Part shown: piece after piece, positions 1 through 9,864 of the stretch | How positions within the stretch are numbered: the stretch's first letter is position 1 | Layout of the letters: each line of letters begins with the position of its first letter | Source of the DNA: Methanoregula sp. | Lineage (GTDB): Archaea > Halobacteriota > Methanomicrobia > Methanomicrobiales > Methanospirillaceae | Strand: one strand, 5' to 3' | Length of the DNA stretch: 64,000 nt | NCBI RefSeq assembly: GCF_049510915.1 | Contig: NZ_JBEKYN010000001.1 | Program-made: the position numbers and the translations under genes | The notes under the pieces: generated by a model | Told to the model about the DNA's origin: nothing | The model's database searches: none | The model's input: the letters and a program-made list of their open reading frames with translations, nothing else

Positions 1-85
1 CAATGATAAAAAGGATGATGACAACAACGATACCGATGATCAGATGGACATTGTTACATGACGATGCCTGCCCTTTTTCCTCCAT
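1..85 (-). CDS. N-terminal fragment of a membrane protein; the gene continues past the left window edge
   Basis: Minus-strand ATG at 85..83 opens the frame MEEKGQASSCNNVHLIIGIVVVIILFII, which contains a hydrophobic helix and runs off the window. Only 28 codons are visible. Confidence 0.3.
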   Translation of the reverse strand, partial: MEEKGQASSCNNVHLIIGIVVVIILFII

Positions 86-265
86 ATGAAACCACATACC
101 CTGTTCACATGCGTGAACATTTTATGCCATGGCGTCTGAACAGATAAAATCACCTAAATAAATCTTCTACTGTACTTTACCAACTACCACCGATCAAAAC
201 CTTCTTAAATTTAATACTGCATCACAATCCTGATGGTTTGAGCCACTCAAGAATGAAGAGAACAA

Positions 266-520
266 ATGATCCGACGAATTCATTATGCATTCCTGAAAGC
301 GACGAACGTCTGGACGGAATGCGAAGAACCAAAATGGATTCGTTTACTTCGTGCCAGAGCCGAATGCTCCCGCTTACATTGTGCAGAAATATATCTGAAC
401 GGCAAAACATTTCGATATAAAATTGTGGGGCAATCCAACTGGGCGCAGGAATATGATTCCACTAAGTGCTATAGGAAATATCGTGATCACGTTTTGAGAG
501 AAAAGGCAGGATTGGAGTAA
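266..520 (+). CDS. Hypothetical small Cys-containing protein in an AT-rich spacer
   Basis: 84-aa ORF with non-repetitive composition. A TATA-like TTAAATTTAATA lies at 215-226, about 40 nt upstream. No family recognised, and competing ORFs overlap on both strands. Confidence 0.25.
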   Translation: MIRRIHYAFLKATNVWTECEEPKWIRLLRARAECSRLHCAEIYLNGKTFRYKIVGQSNWAQEYDSTKCYRKYRDHVLREKAGLE

Positions 521-630
521 CAACCCCCGCCATGCACCAGAACCTAATACGGTCTTACCAACCGCGATGCAACACCAACCGCACGTTCGGTTGATCAATC
601 TTCATTGCACCAGAACCTTTTTAGAGAATA

Positions 631-638
631 TTTATATA
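631..638 (+). promoter_or_regulatory. TATA box of the thermosome promoter
   Basis: TTTATATA lies 43 nt upstream of the thermosome ATG (681). GGTGA at 666-670 could serve as a ribosome-binding site. Confidence 0.45.
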
Positions 639-680
639 GAACCACAAACCAATTTTAGTGCTAAAAGTGGTGATAATTTT

Positions 681-2336
681 ATGTCGCAACAACTTGGAGG
701 ACAACAGATTCTCATTCTTAAGGAAGGCACCAACCGTACCCGCGGCCGTGATGCCCAGGGTATGAACATCACCGCTGCAATGGCAGTTGCCAGTGCAGTC
801 AGGACCACGCTCGGCCCCAAGGGTATGGACAAGATGCTTGTCGACACCATTGGCGATGTCGTGATCACGAACGATGGTGTCACCATTCTAAAGGAAATGG
901 ACATCGAGCACCCGGCCGCAAAGATGATGGTCGAGGTCGCAAAGACCCAGGATGACGAGGTCGGCGACGGAACCACCACCGCAGTCGTCATCGGCGGAGA
1001 ACTCTTAAAGAAGGCCGAGGCACTTCTCGAACAGGACGTCCACCCGACCATTATCGCCGCAGGATACCGGCAGGCCGCAGAGAAGGCCCAGGAACTCTTA
1101 AAGGACATCGCGTTCGACGTCAAGCCAACTGACAAGGCGATGCTCAAGAAGATCGCTGAGACCGCGATGACCGGCAAGAGCGCAGAGTCCTCAAAGGACA
1201 AGCTCTGTGAACTCGTCGTTAAGGCCGTCACCATGGTTGCCGATGCAGATGGCACTGTTGACACCGACAACATCAAGGTCGAGAAGAAGACCGGCGGCAG
1301 CATTGATGACTCCGAGATCGTTGAAGGTGTACTCATCGACAAGGAGCGCGTTCACCCGGCGATGCCAAAAAAGGTCACGAACGCCAAGCTGCTTCTCTTA
1401 AACGCAGCAGTCGAGTTCAAGAAGACCGAAGTCGACGCCGAGATCAACATCACCCACCCCGAGCAGTTACAGGCATTCCTCGATGAAGAGGAGCGCATGG
1501 TCAAGGGCATTGTCGAAAAGATCGTCGCAAGCGGTGCAAATGTTCTCTTCTGCCAGAAGGGTATCGACGATATCGCACAGCACTACCTTGCAAAGGCCGG
1601 CATCTTCGCCGTCCGCCGTGTCAAGAAGAGCGATATGGAGAAGCTTGCCCGGGCAACCGGTGGCAGTCTCGTCTCGTCGATTGACGCGATCAGCAAGGAC
1701 GAGCTCGGAAAGGCCGGACTCGTAGAAGAGCGCAAGGTCTCCGGAGAAGAGATGACCTTTGTCGAGCAGTGCAAAAACCCCAAGGCAGTCTCGATCATTA
1801 TCCGTGGTGGAACCGAGCACGTTGTCGATGAGCTTGAGCGTGCGATCCACGATGCACTCCGCGTTGTTGCGGTTGTTGTCGAGGACAAGAAGGTCGTCGC
1901 CGGCGGCGGTGCACCTGAGACCGAGCTCTCGCTCCGGCTCCGCGAATATGCGGCAAGTGTCGGCGGCAGGGCCCAGCTCGCCATCGAAGCGTTCGCGTCG
2001 GCCCTTGAGATCATTCCGCGCACCCTTGCAGAGAACGCAGGACTCGACCCTATCGACATGCTTGTCGAAATCCGTGCAGCGCACGAGAAGGGCAAGAAGA
2101 CCTACGGTCTTAATGTCTACGAAGGCAAGATAATTGACATGAAGGCAGCCGGCGTTGTCGAGCCGCTCCGTGTCAAGACCCAGGCAATCTCATCTGCAGC
2201 AGAAGCCGCGATCATGATCCTCCGCATTGACGATGTGATCGCCTCTTCGAAGTCCCCCGCCCCGGCACCCGGTGCCGGTGGCATGCCGCCAGGCATGGGC
2301 GGCATGGGCGGTATGGGTGGCATGGGCGACTACTAA
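681..2336 (+). CDS. ths: Thermosome subunit (group II chaperonin)
   Basis: Contains GPKGMDKML, the VGDGTTT nucleotide-binding motif and a C-terminal GGM-repeat tail ([14 protein letters not shown]). Start moved from the ORF-track 567 to the ATG at 681 ([16 protein letters not shown]). Confidence 0.97.
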   Translation: MSQQLGGQQILILKEGTNRTRGRDAQGMNITAAMAVASAVRTTLGPKGMDKMLVDTIGDVVITNDGVTILKEMDIEHPAAKMMVEVAKTQDDEVGDGTTTAVVIGGELLKKAEALLEQDVHPTIIAAGYRQAAEKAQELLKDIAFDVKPTDKAMLKKIAETAMTGKSAESSKDKLCELVVKAVTMVADADGTVDTDNIKVEKKTGGSIDDSEIVEGVLIDKERVHPAMPKKVTNAKLLLLNAAVEFKKTEVDAEINITHPEQLQAFLDEEERMVKGIVEKIVASGANVLFCQKGIDDIAQHYLAKAGIFAVRRVKKSDMEKLARATGGSLVSSIDAISKDELGKAGLVEERKVSGEEMTFVEQCKNPKAVSIIIRGGTEHVVDELERAIHDALRVVAVVVEDKKVVAGGGAPETELSLRLREYAASVGGRAQLAIEAFASALEIIPRTLAENAGLDPIDMLVEIRAAHEKGKKTYGLNVYEGKIIDMKAAGVVEPLRVKTQAISSAAEAAIMILRIDDVIASSKSPAPAPGAGGMPPGMGGMGGMGGMGDY

Positions 2337-2708
2337 GTCACTCCCTACCCCCCTTTTAAAATCCCAGTATTTTTCTTAAAATTCCCGAGAGTTCTGTTCA
2401 CATTTTTCCAGGGTTCGTATGCAGTTCTGCCGGTGGGCAGGTTCATCTGATCCATGTACCGCAGGGTTCGTTCCAGCCACGTAACTGCCGGGACTGGGGA
2501 ATCCCGCTCTCCGGAGGATATCAAACGCATGACATGGCGGGGGCAGTACATGTAAACACTCCCACGGAAGCGTCAGGGGATTTTTTGATAATATCAACCG
2601 GACCCCAGAAAATCTGTACTCCGGATAGTACCTGCGACAATCTATAAACAGACCATCACAGCGTGGAAATTCTACTAAAAAAGAAAATCTGTAGTTTTTG
2701 TGTAACCG

Positions 2709-3278
2709 TTAAAGTGAACCGTGAAGTACGGTGTTTGGCACTTGAACGACGATAGTGCCCGTGACGGTCGTGTTATCTGCAAGGGCATAGGTGAATGTAC
2801 CCGCGTTGCCGAAGGTATATGTGAACCCTCCGTTCGGAACAATATCCCCGGAATTGAACATACCTGTGTTATTCCCGATCACCTTGATCGCGTGGGTGGT
2901 GTTGTCAGTGTTCATCCAGGTGATGCCGGTTCCAGGGATCAAGACATCGGTCTGGGGTGTAAAGCCGGTGCTCGTGATGAGGATCTTGGTGACGCCGGTT
3001 GCAGGAGTTAACGTCGGTATAACAGTTGCGGATGCTACCGCTGCCGCCGTAGTTACGGTTGTCACTGGGGCCGTCACAGTTGGAACAAGAGTTTCCGTTG
3101 TGACCGGTACTGTTGTCAGGGTGGTGGTAGTGAATACAGGAGTGGCTGCATTGATGGCCTCGGTAACCGGAACCGTCGTTTGCGTTGTGGTCTGCGCAGA
3201 TGTTGATGCGGTCTGTGTGCACCCGGTGACTGCCACCAGTGCAACAAGAAGGATAATAAATCCCATAAGCAGTTTCAT
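2709..3278 (-). CDS. Secreted/lipid-anchored protein with a Thr-rich linker and a cupredoxin-like C-terminal domain
   Basis: Signal peptide MKLLMGFIILLVALVAVTGC with a lipobox-like Cys, followed by a Thr/Val/Ala-rich linker of about 90 aa. The C-terminal beta-rich domain (ITWMNTDNTTHAIKV ... GTFTYAL ... GTIVVQ) is patterned like plastocyanin/amicyanin. Confidence 0.6.
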   Translation of the reverse strand: MKLLMGFIILLVALVAVTGCTQTASTSAQTTTQTTVPVTEAINAATPVFTTTTLTTVPVTTETLVPTVTAPVTTVTTAAAVASATVIPTLTPATGVTKILITSTGFTPQTDVLIPGTGITWMNTDNTTHAIKVIGNNTGMFNSGDIVPNGGFTYTFGNAGTFTYALADNTTVTGTIVVQVPNTVLHGSL

Positions 3279-3476
3279 ATGGAGTACACATGAATTGTCT
3301 ATAATTAAATAAATTTACCTTTTTTGTGGCAGAATCCTTTGTAGATCCCTAAAAAAACCCCAAATTGCGGTGCATGCGGTGCAACCGCCGCATAATCCGG
3401 AATCGGAGCGGTCAGGCCGGGACGTTCCTCCCTGCTGCGACAGGTTAATGATACCCCGGATGCACAACACTCCTTC

Positions 3477-3878
3477 ATGAGCGACCGGTTCATCAACACC
3501 TCCTACCGCACTGACTGCTACCACTGCCGGGAAGTGGCAGACCAGCATATCCAGGCGATGCCCAACCGGGCCGATGTCACCTGCGAAAACTGCGGCGCGA
3601 CCCGGGTCTTTGTGCCCCGGATAGAGGATGTGGACGAAGCCGGGACGTTTGCCGTGCCCGGGCCCTGGCCGGTCTGGTCTCTCGCAGTGACGGCAGCGTG
3701 CAGGAACTGCGGGGTTACCGGGCTTCATGATATCACGGTCAGCTGCCGCAGCATCACGGTGCAGTGCCGCAACTGCCGGTTTACCCATCTCTACCGGTTC
3801 GATCTTGAATATATGGCGGATGATCCCAGCGAGGGCACGCCAGCCGGTGTGGTCTCCGGTCATGCAACCTGCCCGTGA
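3477..3878 (+). CDS. Hypothetical double zinc-ribbon protein
   Basis: 133-aa ORF with four CxxC pairs (CYHC, CENC, CRNC, CRNC) arranged as two ribbon-like modules. No family recognised. Confidence 0.55.
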   Translation: MSDRFINTSYRTDCYHCREVADQHIQAMPNRADVTCENCGATRVFVPRIEDVDEAGTFAVPGPWPVWSLAVTAACRNCGVTGLHDITVSCRSITVQCRNCRFTHLYRFDLEYMADDPSEGTPAGVVSGHATCP

Positions 3879-3914
3879 CGGGTGATCAGGGTACAGAAAA
3901 AATAACCGTTTTAC

Positions 3915-4637
3915 TTAACTGGACTGCCCACACTGAAGCGCCGGGTAGGTATCAGCATAGCATTCGAGGATATCTTTAAGGCGTGCCGAGAGTTTCTGGT
4001 TCTTTGCGAGTAAGAAAAAGACAATCTCGTTGTCGGTGATGATGGCCGGGCTTGAACCGGTCCGTTCTTCCAGCTGCATGCAGGCGCGCCTGACATACTC
4101 CTCGTGTTTTACCCGGGGAAAATGCTGGTAGATCATCAGGATCGAACCGCTGTCCATGCGGTCATAGAACGTTTTTACTTCCGAAAGAAGCAGGTGTTTG
4201 CTGTTCTGGCTCTCATCTTTAAGGCCGGTGTCCGGGTCAAGGAATATCAGGGAATTTTTGGGAAAATTATCAACAATCGATTGGAAATAGGCGTCCCGGT
4301 CGTGGTTCGTGAACGTTTGCCTCCCGGGAATATCGATCAGGATCATCTCTTTATCGAAATACGCACAGATGCCGCTGATATACTCAACGTCATCGTTAAT
4401 CTCCTGCAACCGCGTTAAGTGTTCCCGGAGATCCCGGTTCTGGCTGCCGGCTTTCCCGGATCGATACGCTTTTTCCAGATCTTTTTTGGCTGTGTTCTTC
4501 CGGGATCCCTCTCCCTCCGTTCCTGTCAGCATCGGGACAAAAGTAAAGCCTGCAAGCTCAGGCAGTGATTTCATGATATGCCGTACCAGATCGAATTTGA
4601 AGAGATCCCGGGTATCCCCGAAATACCTGCCGTTCAT
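3915..4637 (-). CDS. Uncharacterised protein with RlmJ-like motif layout
   Basis: 240-aa ORF. The N-terminal YFGDTRDLFKFDLVRH resembles the HAGNxADVLKH start of RlmJ-type methyltransferases. FLDPDTGL sits where RlmJ has (I/L)DPPYE, and ILMIYQHFP and IVFFLLAKN follow in matching order. Similarity is judged from memory only. Confidence 0.6.
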   Translation of the reverse strand: MNGRYFGDTRDLFKFDLVRHIMKSLPELAGFTFVPMLTGTEGEGSRKNTAKKDLEKAYRSGKAGSQNRDLREHLTRLQEINDDVEYISGICAYFDKEMILIDIPGRQTFTNHDRDAYFQSIVDNFPKNSLIFLDPDTGLKDESQNSKHLLLSEVKTFYDRMDSGSILMIYQHFPRVKHEEYVRRACMQLEERTGSSPAIITDNEIVFFLLAKNQKLSARLKDILECYADTYPALQCGQSS

Positions 4638-4816
4638 AGAGGCTTACTCCTGAATGGGTATATTCAGGCAAGGCATGAAAAAGGTTGCGGATTGCATCCC
4701 ACCATGGAAACCGTGTGGTGCAGCCGAGACGGGACACCATCCTATCCGGCAGTTTTCATCATAAAATAAACCAGTGATGCCAACTCATTTGTAAAAAGTG
4801 AACATAGTATGCGGGA

Positions 4817-5077
4817 TTACTTCTCTTCCCGCACCATTGCGATGGCTTTTTTCGGGCATTCGTTTGCGCAGATCCCACAGCCCTTGCAGAACCTCAGGTC
4901 GACCATGAGGTCTTCATCGATCGCCCCGTCCGGGCAGTACATCGCACAGAGCCCGCATTCGTTGCATTTTTCCTTGTCAACCACGGGCTTAAATACCCGC
5001 CACGAGCCGGTCTGGCCGGCGGCGCCTTCGGTCGGCCTGCTCACGGCCAGCCGGTCGCGGTTTTTAGCACTGCTCAT
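4817..5077 (-). CDS. 2-oxoacid:ferredoxin oxidoreductase, delta (ferredoxin-like) subunit
   Basis: 86 aa with two CxxCxxCxxxCP 4Fe-4S motifs (CNECGLCAMYCP, CKGCGICANECP). 4-nt overlap with the gamma gene. Confidence 0.9.
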   Translation of the reverse strand: MSSAKNRDRLAVSRPTEGAAGQTGSWRVFKPVVDKEKCNECGLCAMYCPDGAIDEDLMVDLRFCKGCGICANECPKKAIAMVREEK

Positions 5078-5601
5078 ACACGCATCTCCTGGTATGCGGT
5101 CTCGGCAGCCTTGACGTTGCGCTCATCGGTAAACATCCCCCGGATTGCCGACTTTGCCGCATCACCAGAGACGATCCCCATCTTTGCAAGCGCCCCGAGC
5201 ACCGGTGTGTTGAGGATCGGGCTTCCCGCGACCACAAGGTTTTCTTTTAAAGCGATCCCGGTCAGGTCGACATTGAACGTTGTATGTCCCGCAAACTCCG
5301 GCCGGTGGGCGCTGTTAATGAGTACCCGGCCACCCTTCTTGAGTCCGTGCAGCACATCAACGGTCTCCATCACGCTCGCGTCGAGCACCACGATCAGGTC
5401 CGGGTCCCGGATCTGGCTGTAGACCTTGATCGGGTGGTCATCGATCCGGACAAACGAGACGACCGGCGCCCCCCGGCGCTCCGCTCCGTAGAACGGGCAC
5501 GCGGTCGCGTACTTGCCGTCATGGAGTGCGGCCATCGCAAGGAGCCGGGCTGCCGTCACACCGCCCTGCCCGCCACGGGAATGGATCCGGATCTCAAACA
5601 T
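5074..5601 (-). CDS. 2-oxoacid:ferredoxin oxidoreductase, gamma subunit
   Basis: 175 aa. The N-terminal IRIHSRGGQGGVTAARLLA is typical of POR/VOR gamma subunits. Overlaps the alpha gene. Confidence 0.9.
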   Translation of the reverse strand: MFEIRIHSRGGQGGVTAARLLAMAALHDGKYATACPFYGAERRGAPVVSFVRIDDHPIKVYSQIRDPDLIVVLDASVMETVDVLHGLKKGGRVLINSAHRPEFAGHTTFNVDLTGIALKENLVVAGSPILNTPVLGALAKMGIVSGDAAKSAIRGMFTDERNVKAAETAYQEMRV

Positions 5602-6706
5602 GGTCTGTCACCCCGAACCAGAACTCCTCGCCCATGCGACGCTTACGGACAAACTCTGCCATGTCATCGTAGGTCACTTCCTGCCCGCCGAGACCGGCGA
5701 TCACGCTGTAGATCTCGCAGTGGTTCTTTGCCATGATCTCGTGGGCGACGATACCGCCATACCCGAATGAGTAGTCCCGGTCGATCACGACGACCTCTTT
5801 TCCGGCGAGATTGAGTTTCGGGAACGGCCGGAACCAGCGCAGGCGCATCGAGCCGGCCTTTATGCCCTCTTTTCGCAGGATATCAATGGCAACTTCGGCT
5901 TCTTTCCCGAATGTTCCCATGGCGATGAGGATCACGTCCGCATCTTCGCACCGGTAATTCTCGGTCGGCCCGTAGTTCCGCCCGAACCGGCGTGCAAAGT
6001 CCTTCTCGGTCGCAGCGATCACCTTTCCGGCGTCGCGCATCGAATGTTCGATATCCCACCGGAACAGGAAGTGCTGGTCCGGCCCGGTGAGACAGCCGTA
6101 CCCCGTCGGGTTCTCCGTATCGATCGCGTGGGGGAGGTGGAGCGGCGGGATAAAATCCCCCAGATCTACGGTATCGAGCGGCTGCATGATGTGCGAGAGC
6201 GAGAACCCGTCGAGGTTGACCATCACCGGCAGGAGCACATCGTTGTGCTCGGCGATCCGAAATGCCATCAGGATCGTGTCGTAGGCTTCCTGCACGGTAG
6301 AGACATATACCTGCAGCCAGCCGGTGTCGCGCTCCTCCATCGCATCGGTGTGCTCCGCCCAGATGTTCCAGCCGGGGCCCAGCGACCGGTTCACGTTTGC
6401 CATCACGATCGGGATGCGTGCGCCGGCGGCCCAGTTGATCATCTCGTGCATGTAGAGCAGGCCGTGGGAGCTTGTGGCGGTAAACGTCCGCACTCCCGTG
6501 ATGCCAGCGCCGATGCAGGCCGCCATTGCGGAGTGCTCGCTCTCGACCGGGATATACCGGCTCTTCATCTGGCCGCTCGTGACGTAATCCGCGATCGTCT
6601 CGACGATCTCGGTCTGCGGGGTGATCGGGTAGGCCGCGACTACTGCCGGCAGTGCCTGTTTGACAGCCTCGGCGATCGCCTTGTTGCCCGTTGCGATCTT
6701 CTTCAT
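5594..6706 (-). CDS. 2-oxoacid:ferredoxin oxidoreductase, alpha subunit
   Basis: 370 aa. N-terminal GNKAIAEAV...AYPITPQTEIVE is typical of OFOR alpha subunits. 4-nt overlap with the beta gene. Confidence 0.92.
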   Translation of the reverse strand: MKKIATGNKAIAEAVKQALPAVVAAYPITPQTEIVETIADYVTSGQMKSRYIPVESEHSAMAACIGAGITGVRTFTATSSHGLLYMHEMINWAAGARIPIVMANVNRSLGPGWNIWAEHTDAMEERDTGWLQVYVSTVQEAYDTILMAFRIAEHNDVLLPVMVNLDGFSLSHIMQPLDTVDLGDFIPPLHLPHAIDTENPTGYGCLTGPDQHFLFRWDIEHSMRDAGKVIAATEKDFARRFGRNYGPTENYRCEDADVILIAMGTFGKEAEVAIDILRKEGIKAGSMRLRWFRPFPKLNLAGKEVVVIDRDYSFGYGGIVAHEIMAKNHCEIYSVIAGLGGQEVTYDDMAEFVRKRRMGEEFWFGVTDHV

Positions 6707-7590
6707 GGCTGCGCCTCCTCGGCGGCCAGTTTCTGCAGGTTCTCGGTCAGGTGCTGCCGGAGGGTTTCAAGCGATTTTGCGTCGATGCCCTTGAACCGCC
6801 CCTGTGGGGCGAGGTACTCTTCGAGCGGGATCGGTTTTCTCATCGCCGCTTTCGAGGGTGCGCTTATCGTCAGTTTCCCGTGCTCGCGCTCGTAGAGCAC
6901 CCACATGCCGGATTTGACCGCGAGTTTTCCCATCTCGATCGTCTTCTCGGTCGGGTACCGCCAGCCGGGCGGGCAGGGGGCGAGGATATGGATAAAGGTC
7001 GGTCCCCGGAACGTGAGCGCTTTTGCAACCTTCTTGAAAATATCCTGCGGGTACGCGCTGCACGCGGTCGCCATGTATTCGAGGTGGTGGGCGGCCGCGA
7101 TCGCGTCGATGTCTTTCTTCTCCACGGTCTTCCCGGTGGGGGTGGTCGTGGTCTTAGCGCCAAGGGGCGTCGCGCCCGAGCGCTGCATGCCGGTGTTCCC
7201 GTAGGCCTCGTTGTCGTAGCAGATATACAGGAAATCGGTGCCCCGTTCAAAGGCGCCCGACATCGACTGGATACCGATATCAAGCGTCCCGCCGTCCCCG
7301 GCGTAGACGATCACGTGGGTCTTTTTGCCCATGCCTAAAAACGCTTCGGTCATCCCCGATGCACACGCGGCAGCGGAGGCAAACGCGACATTGTAGACCG
7401 GCACGTTCACCGCGGTGTTGGGGTAGATTCCCTGGATGACGCTCGTACAGCACGCGGGCACGACAAGCACGGTATCATGCCCGGCAGCTTTCAGCACGTA
7501 GCGCAGCGTCAGGGACGAACTGCACCCGGCGCACGCGGACGTGCATTTTTTTATGTACTCTTCCTTTGGGATTTCAGCGATGATCACCAA
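6703..7590 (-). CDS. 2-oxoacid:ferredoxin oxidoreductase, beta (TPP-binding) subunit
   Basis: 295 aa with the thiamine-diphosphate motif YAGDGGTLDIGIQS...NEAYGNTG and N-terminal Cys ligands (CAGC ... CC). Confidence 0.92.
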   Translation of the reverse strand: MVIIAEIPKEEYIKKCTSACAGCSSSLTLRYVLKAAGHDTVLVVPACCTSVIQGIYPNTAVNVPVYNVAFASAAACASGMTEAFLGMGKKTHVIVYAGDGGTLDIGIQSMSGAFERGTDFLYICYDNEAYGNTGMQRSGATPLGAKTTTTPTGKTVEKKDIDAIAAAHHLEYMATACSAYPQDIFKKVAKALTFRGPTFIHILAPCPPGWRYPTEKTIEMGKLAVKSGMWVLYEREHGKLTISAPSKAAMRKPIPLEEYLAPQGRFKGIDAKSLETLRQHLTENLQKLAAEEAQP

Positions 7591-8021
7591 CTCCTGACAA
7601 AACCTGTTGTCGGAATGAACGGATGAGCGCGAAAAGCGATCGCGGATCTATCATTATTTATCATCATGGATAGACAAAAAAGGATCTGTTTTGCCGGTCG
7701 CTGTTTGTTTCCCGGTAGACCCCCGGTGATCACTTTCGCCCCGCCCGGTCAGGGATTTAAACGCCGGTTCTTTCAACAGTTGGTATGGGGAGGATGGAAA
7801 ACCCCAAAAAGAGTTCCCGTGCCCGTCACCAGTCCGGCACGGAGAACGATCCTCCCGACCACTCAATTAAAAACCCTTGAATGATATCTATGTCAGATGC
7901 ATGAGCGGGATCCTCTCACCCCTTCTCACGCCTAAACTCTTTTCGTTTTAATGGCATTTCCCATTCTGTCAATAAAAATAGTTATCGGGAGGGAACGATC
8001 TCCGTTTTATTTTCCCGGATT

Positions 8022-8666
8022 TTATTCCCGGCGTTCTTTCAACGTACCAGAAACTTCTGAGTCGATTTTTTTTATGATATCAGGATGATTTGCCATCTCC
8101 CGCAACGCCTTCTGCTTAAGGGCATATGCCGGATACCACACGGTAAAGACGATAGCGAGTATCATGAAGACCCATTTCAGGTTGTCCCAGAACATAAGGC
8201 CCGGGTCAGGCCGGAGCAGCAGGAAAGCGTCAATAGCCATGCTGAGTGTGAATGCAACTCCCCATACCGCGGAGATAATATAATTTGCCCGCATGAATGA
8301 TGCGCTCTTCACACGCTCGGGATCCACGCCTTCCCTTGAATACTGGAGGGTGAAGGGAAACCGGAACAGCATCGTCGCCCAGCAGACAACCGTAAGGCTC
8401 AGCATCGAGAGTACCGAAATATAGTTTGCGAGAGGGTACAGCTTCAATCCGATGATCAGGATGAAGAACACAACGAAAAACACAATCGTGACCACGGAAA
8501 GGATATAGCCCTGGAGCAGTTGCCGGTAACTCGTCAGGAGAGTGAGCACGATACCGACAACAAAGGCGAGGGTCAGGCACATCAGGGGACTTCCCAGGGG
8601 AGCTTCAGCGACAAGGGTGAACGCGATCCATGGCACAAATGCCGTAAGAAGGGATATCAGGTTCAT
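8022..8666 (-). CDS. Hypothetical integral membrane protein
   Basis: 214-aa ORF with about six hydrophobic helices. No recognisable family. Confidence 0.6.
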   Translation of the reverse strand: MNLISLLTAFVPWIAFTLVAEAPLGSPLMCLTLAFVVGIVLTLLTSYRQLLQGYILSVVTIVFFVVFFILIIGLKLYPLANYISVLSMLSLTVVCWATMLFRFPFTLQYSREGVDPERVKSASFMRANYIISAVWGVAFTLSMAIDAFLLLRPDPGLMFWDNLKWVFMILAIVFTVWYPAYALKQKALREMANHPDIIKKIDSEVSGTLKERRE

Positions 8667-9043
8667 TATGGTATGTGAAGTGGATTTTCTGAATAATAAT
8701 CCTTTTTATTTTATACGTTGGTTCCTGCGGCCCCCCACATTTCCAACCAGTATTGGAACCCGCGGGATGTGTTTTGGCCGGTTTTGCAACGGGAGATTTG
8801 GAATTTTCGGGGTCCGGGGGATCTTCTTCACCATAAAGGGGGCAGGCGGGATACCTATGGAGAACTGTCATTGACTTCAGGCTTGGAGGGGGTTGACCGG
8901 CCCTGGCTCCCCCTGCCGCATAACCCGAGAGGCGTGTTTCATCAGCATCGCTGAATACAGGCAATTCTTACCGGGAAACCCCCCGGTGCAAATCCGCAGG
9001 TTTTCCGTACTGATCCGGGTCCGGAGTTCCCTGTTTCCGGTCG

Positions 9044-9673
9044 TCACCCGAAGGTGTGCTCCACACCGTAAAAGACAACGGGGAGCGTCATATATATCGC
9101 CGTACTCCAGGTGTTTCCCGCCAGTGCGAACATGATGCCCACGATGGAGACACAAGGGACCACGAGGTTCCGGAAACAGACTTTCCTGATGTACGCCGGT
9201 TTCAGCGTTGGTTCTGTCAGCCGGTAGTCGTTCGTTGCGTACCACCACTGGAGGGACATACCTATGCCGATGAGAAGGAGGTTCGACTCAAACGTCATTG
9301 CACCGACCGGAACACCGGAAAAAGCGCCGGAAAATGACGCTGAAAAGGGAAGGAGTGCAACAAACATGAGCGTTACGAGGTTAATCCAGGTGAATATCTT
9401 ATCGGGGGTCCGTACTGAATGGAACTGCATGTGCTGGCTGAGCCAGAACGCCCCGAGGATAAGAAACGCGAGAACATAGTGCATGAAACTGGAATAGAGG
9501 GCGAGGAGAACCTGAAGAGCATATGCATTTGAGGGTACCAGTGTCGCCTTATCCGGCACACTCAGACCGATAACAAGGAGCGTCATCGCGAACGCAAAGA
9601 TGCCATCCGAAAGCGCTTCCAGCCTGCCCTTGGTGAGATGGGATTCGTTACTCCCTTCAATTTCCTCAGTCAT
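9044..9673 (-). CDS. TMEM175/DUF1211-family potassium channel
   Basis: Motif RLEALSDGIFAFAMTLLV at the first helix, followed by multiple TM helices. Start moved to the ATG at 9673 (MTEEIEGS). Confidence 0.8.
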   Translation of the reverse strand: MTEEIEGSNESHLTKGRLEALSDGIFAFAMTLLVIGLSVPDKATLVPSNAYALQVLLALYSSFMHYVLAFLILGAFWLSQHMQFHSVRTPDKIFTWINLVTLMFVALLPFSASFSGAFSGVPVGAMTFESNLLLIGIGMSLQWWYATNDYRLTEPTLKPAYIRKVCFRNLVVPCVSIVGIMFALAGNTWSTAIYMTLPVVFYGVEHTFG

Positions 9674-9864
9674 AATCTCCCTCCTCCGTACTGGGAAGTA
9701 AACGGATTTATTGCTTGGGATTTTTTCAAAACGTAAATGGCCCGGATTCATCAGGTTTGATGAAAACCAGAATAGAACGGATGAGAGGGAAGAATGATCT
9801 CAGGAACTTTTCCTCATTGCAGAGTGCCAGCGGAGGAGTAATATATTTTAGGATCATTCCTCTA

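Noticed and set aside
103-120. Inverted repeat TGTTCAC-ATGC-GTGAACA upstream of the truncated minus-strand gene as an operator
   Set aside because: It is a single 7-bp dyad next to a gene that is mostly outside the window. There is too little context to interpret.
567-680. N-terminal extensions of track ORFs, e.g. thermosome from 567, trpF to 30075, trpE to 33854, malic enzyme to 22330, cbiA to 26808, pcm to 60015, sufB to 61087
   Set aside because: The extensions overlap upstream genes or encode non-conserved Arg/Pro/Ser-rich sequence. Internal ATGs give N-termini matching the family consensus and often form ATGA/TGATG overlaps with the upstream stop.
632-2323. Long antisense or out-of-frame ORFs inside confidently assigned genes, e.g. 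632-1342, 1467-2084, 6044-6895, 16788-17825, 25447-26628, 29419-30597, 41741-43036
   Set aside because: These are typical shadow ORFs of G+C-rich DNA. Their composition is Arg/Ser/Pro/Ala-biased, they have no motifs, and each lies fully within a gene whose frame carries clear family signatures.
8667-9043. 377-bp spacer between two minus-strand membrane genes as a possible ncRNA locus
   Set aside because: No repeats, conserved motifs or convincing hairpin-terminator structures were seen. The track ORFs there are low quality. Left unannotated.
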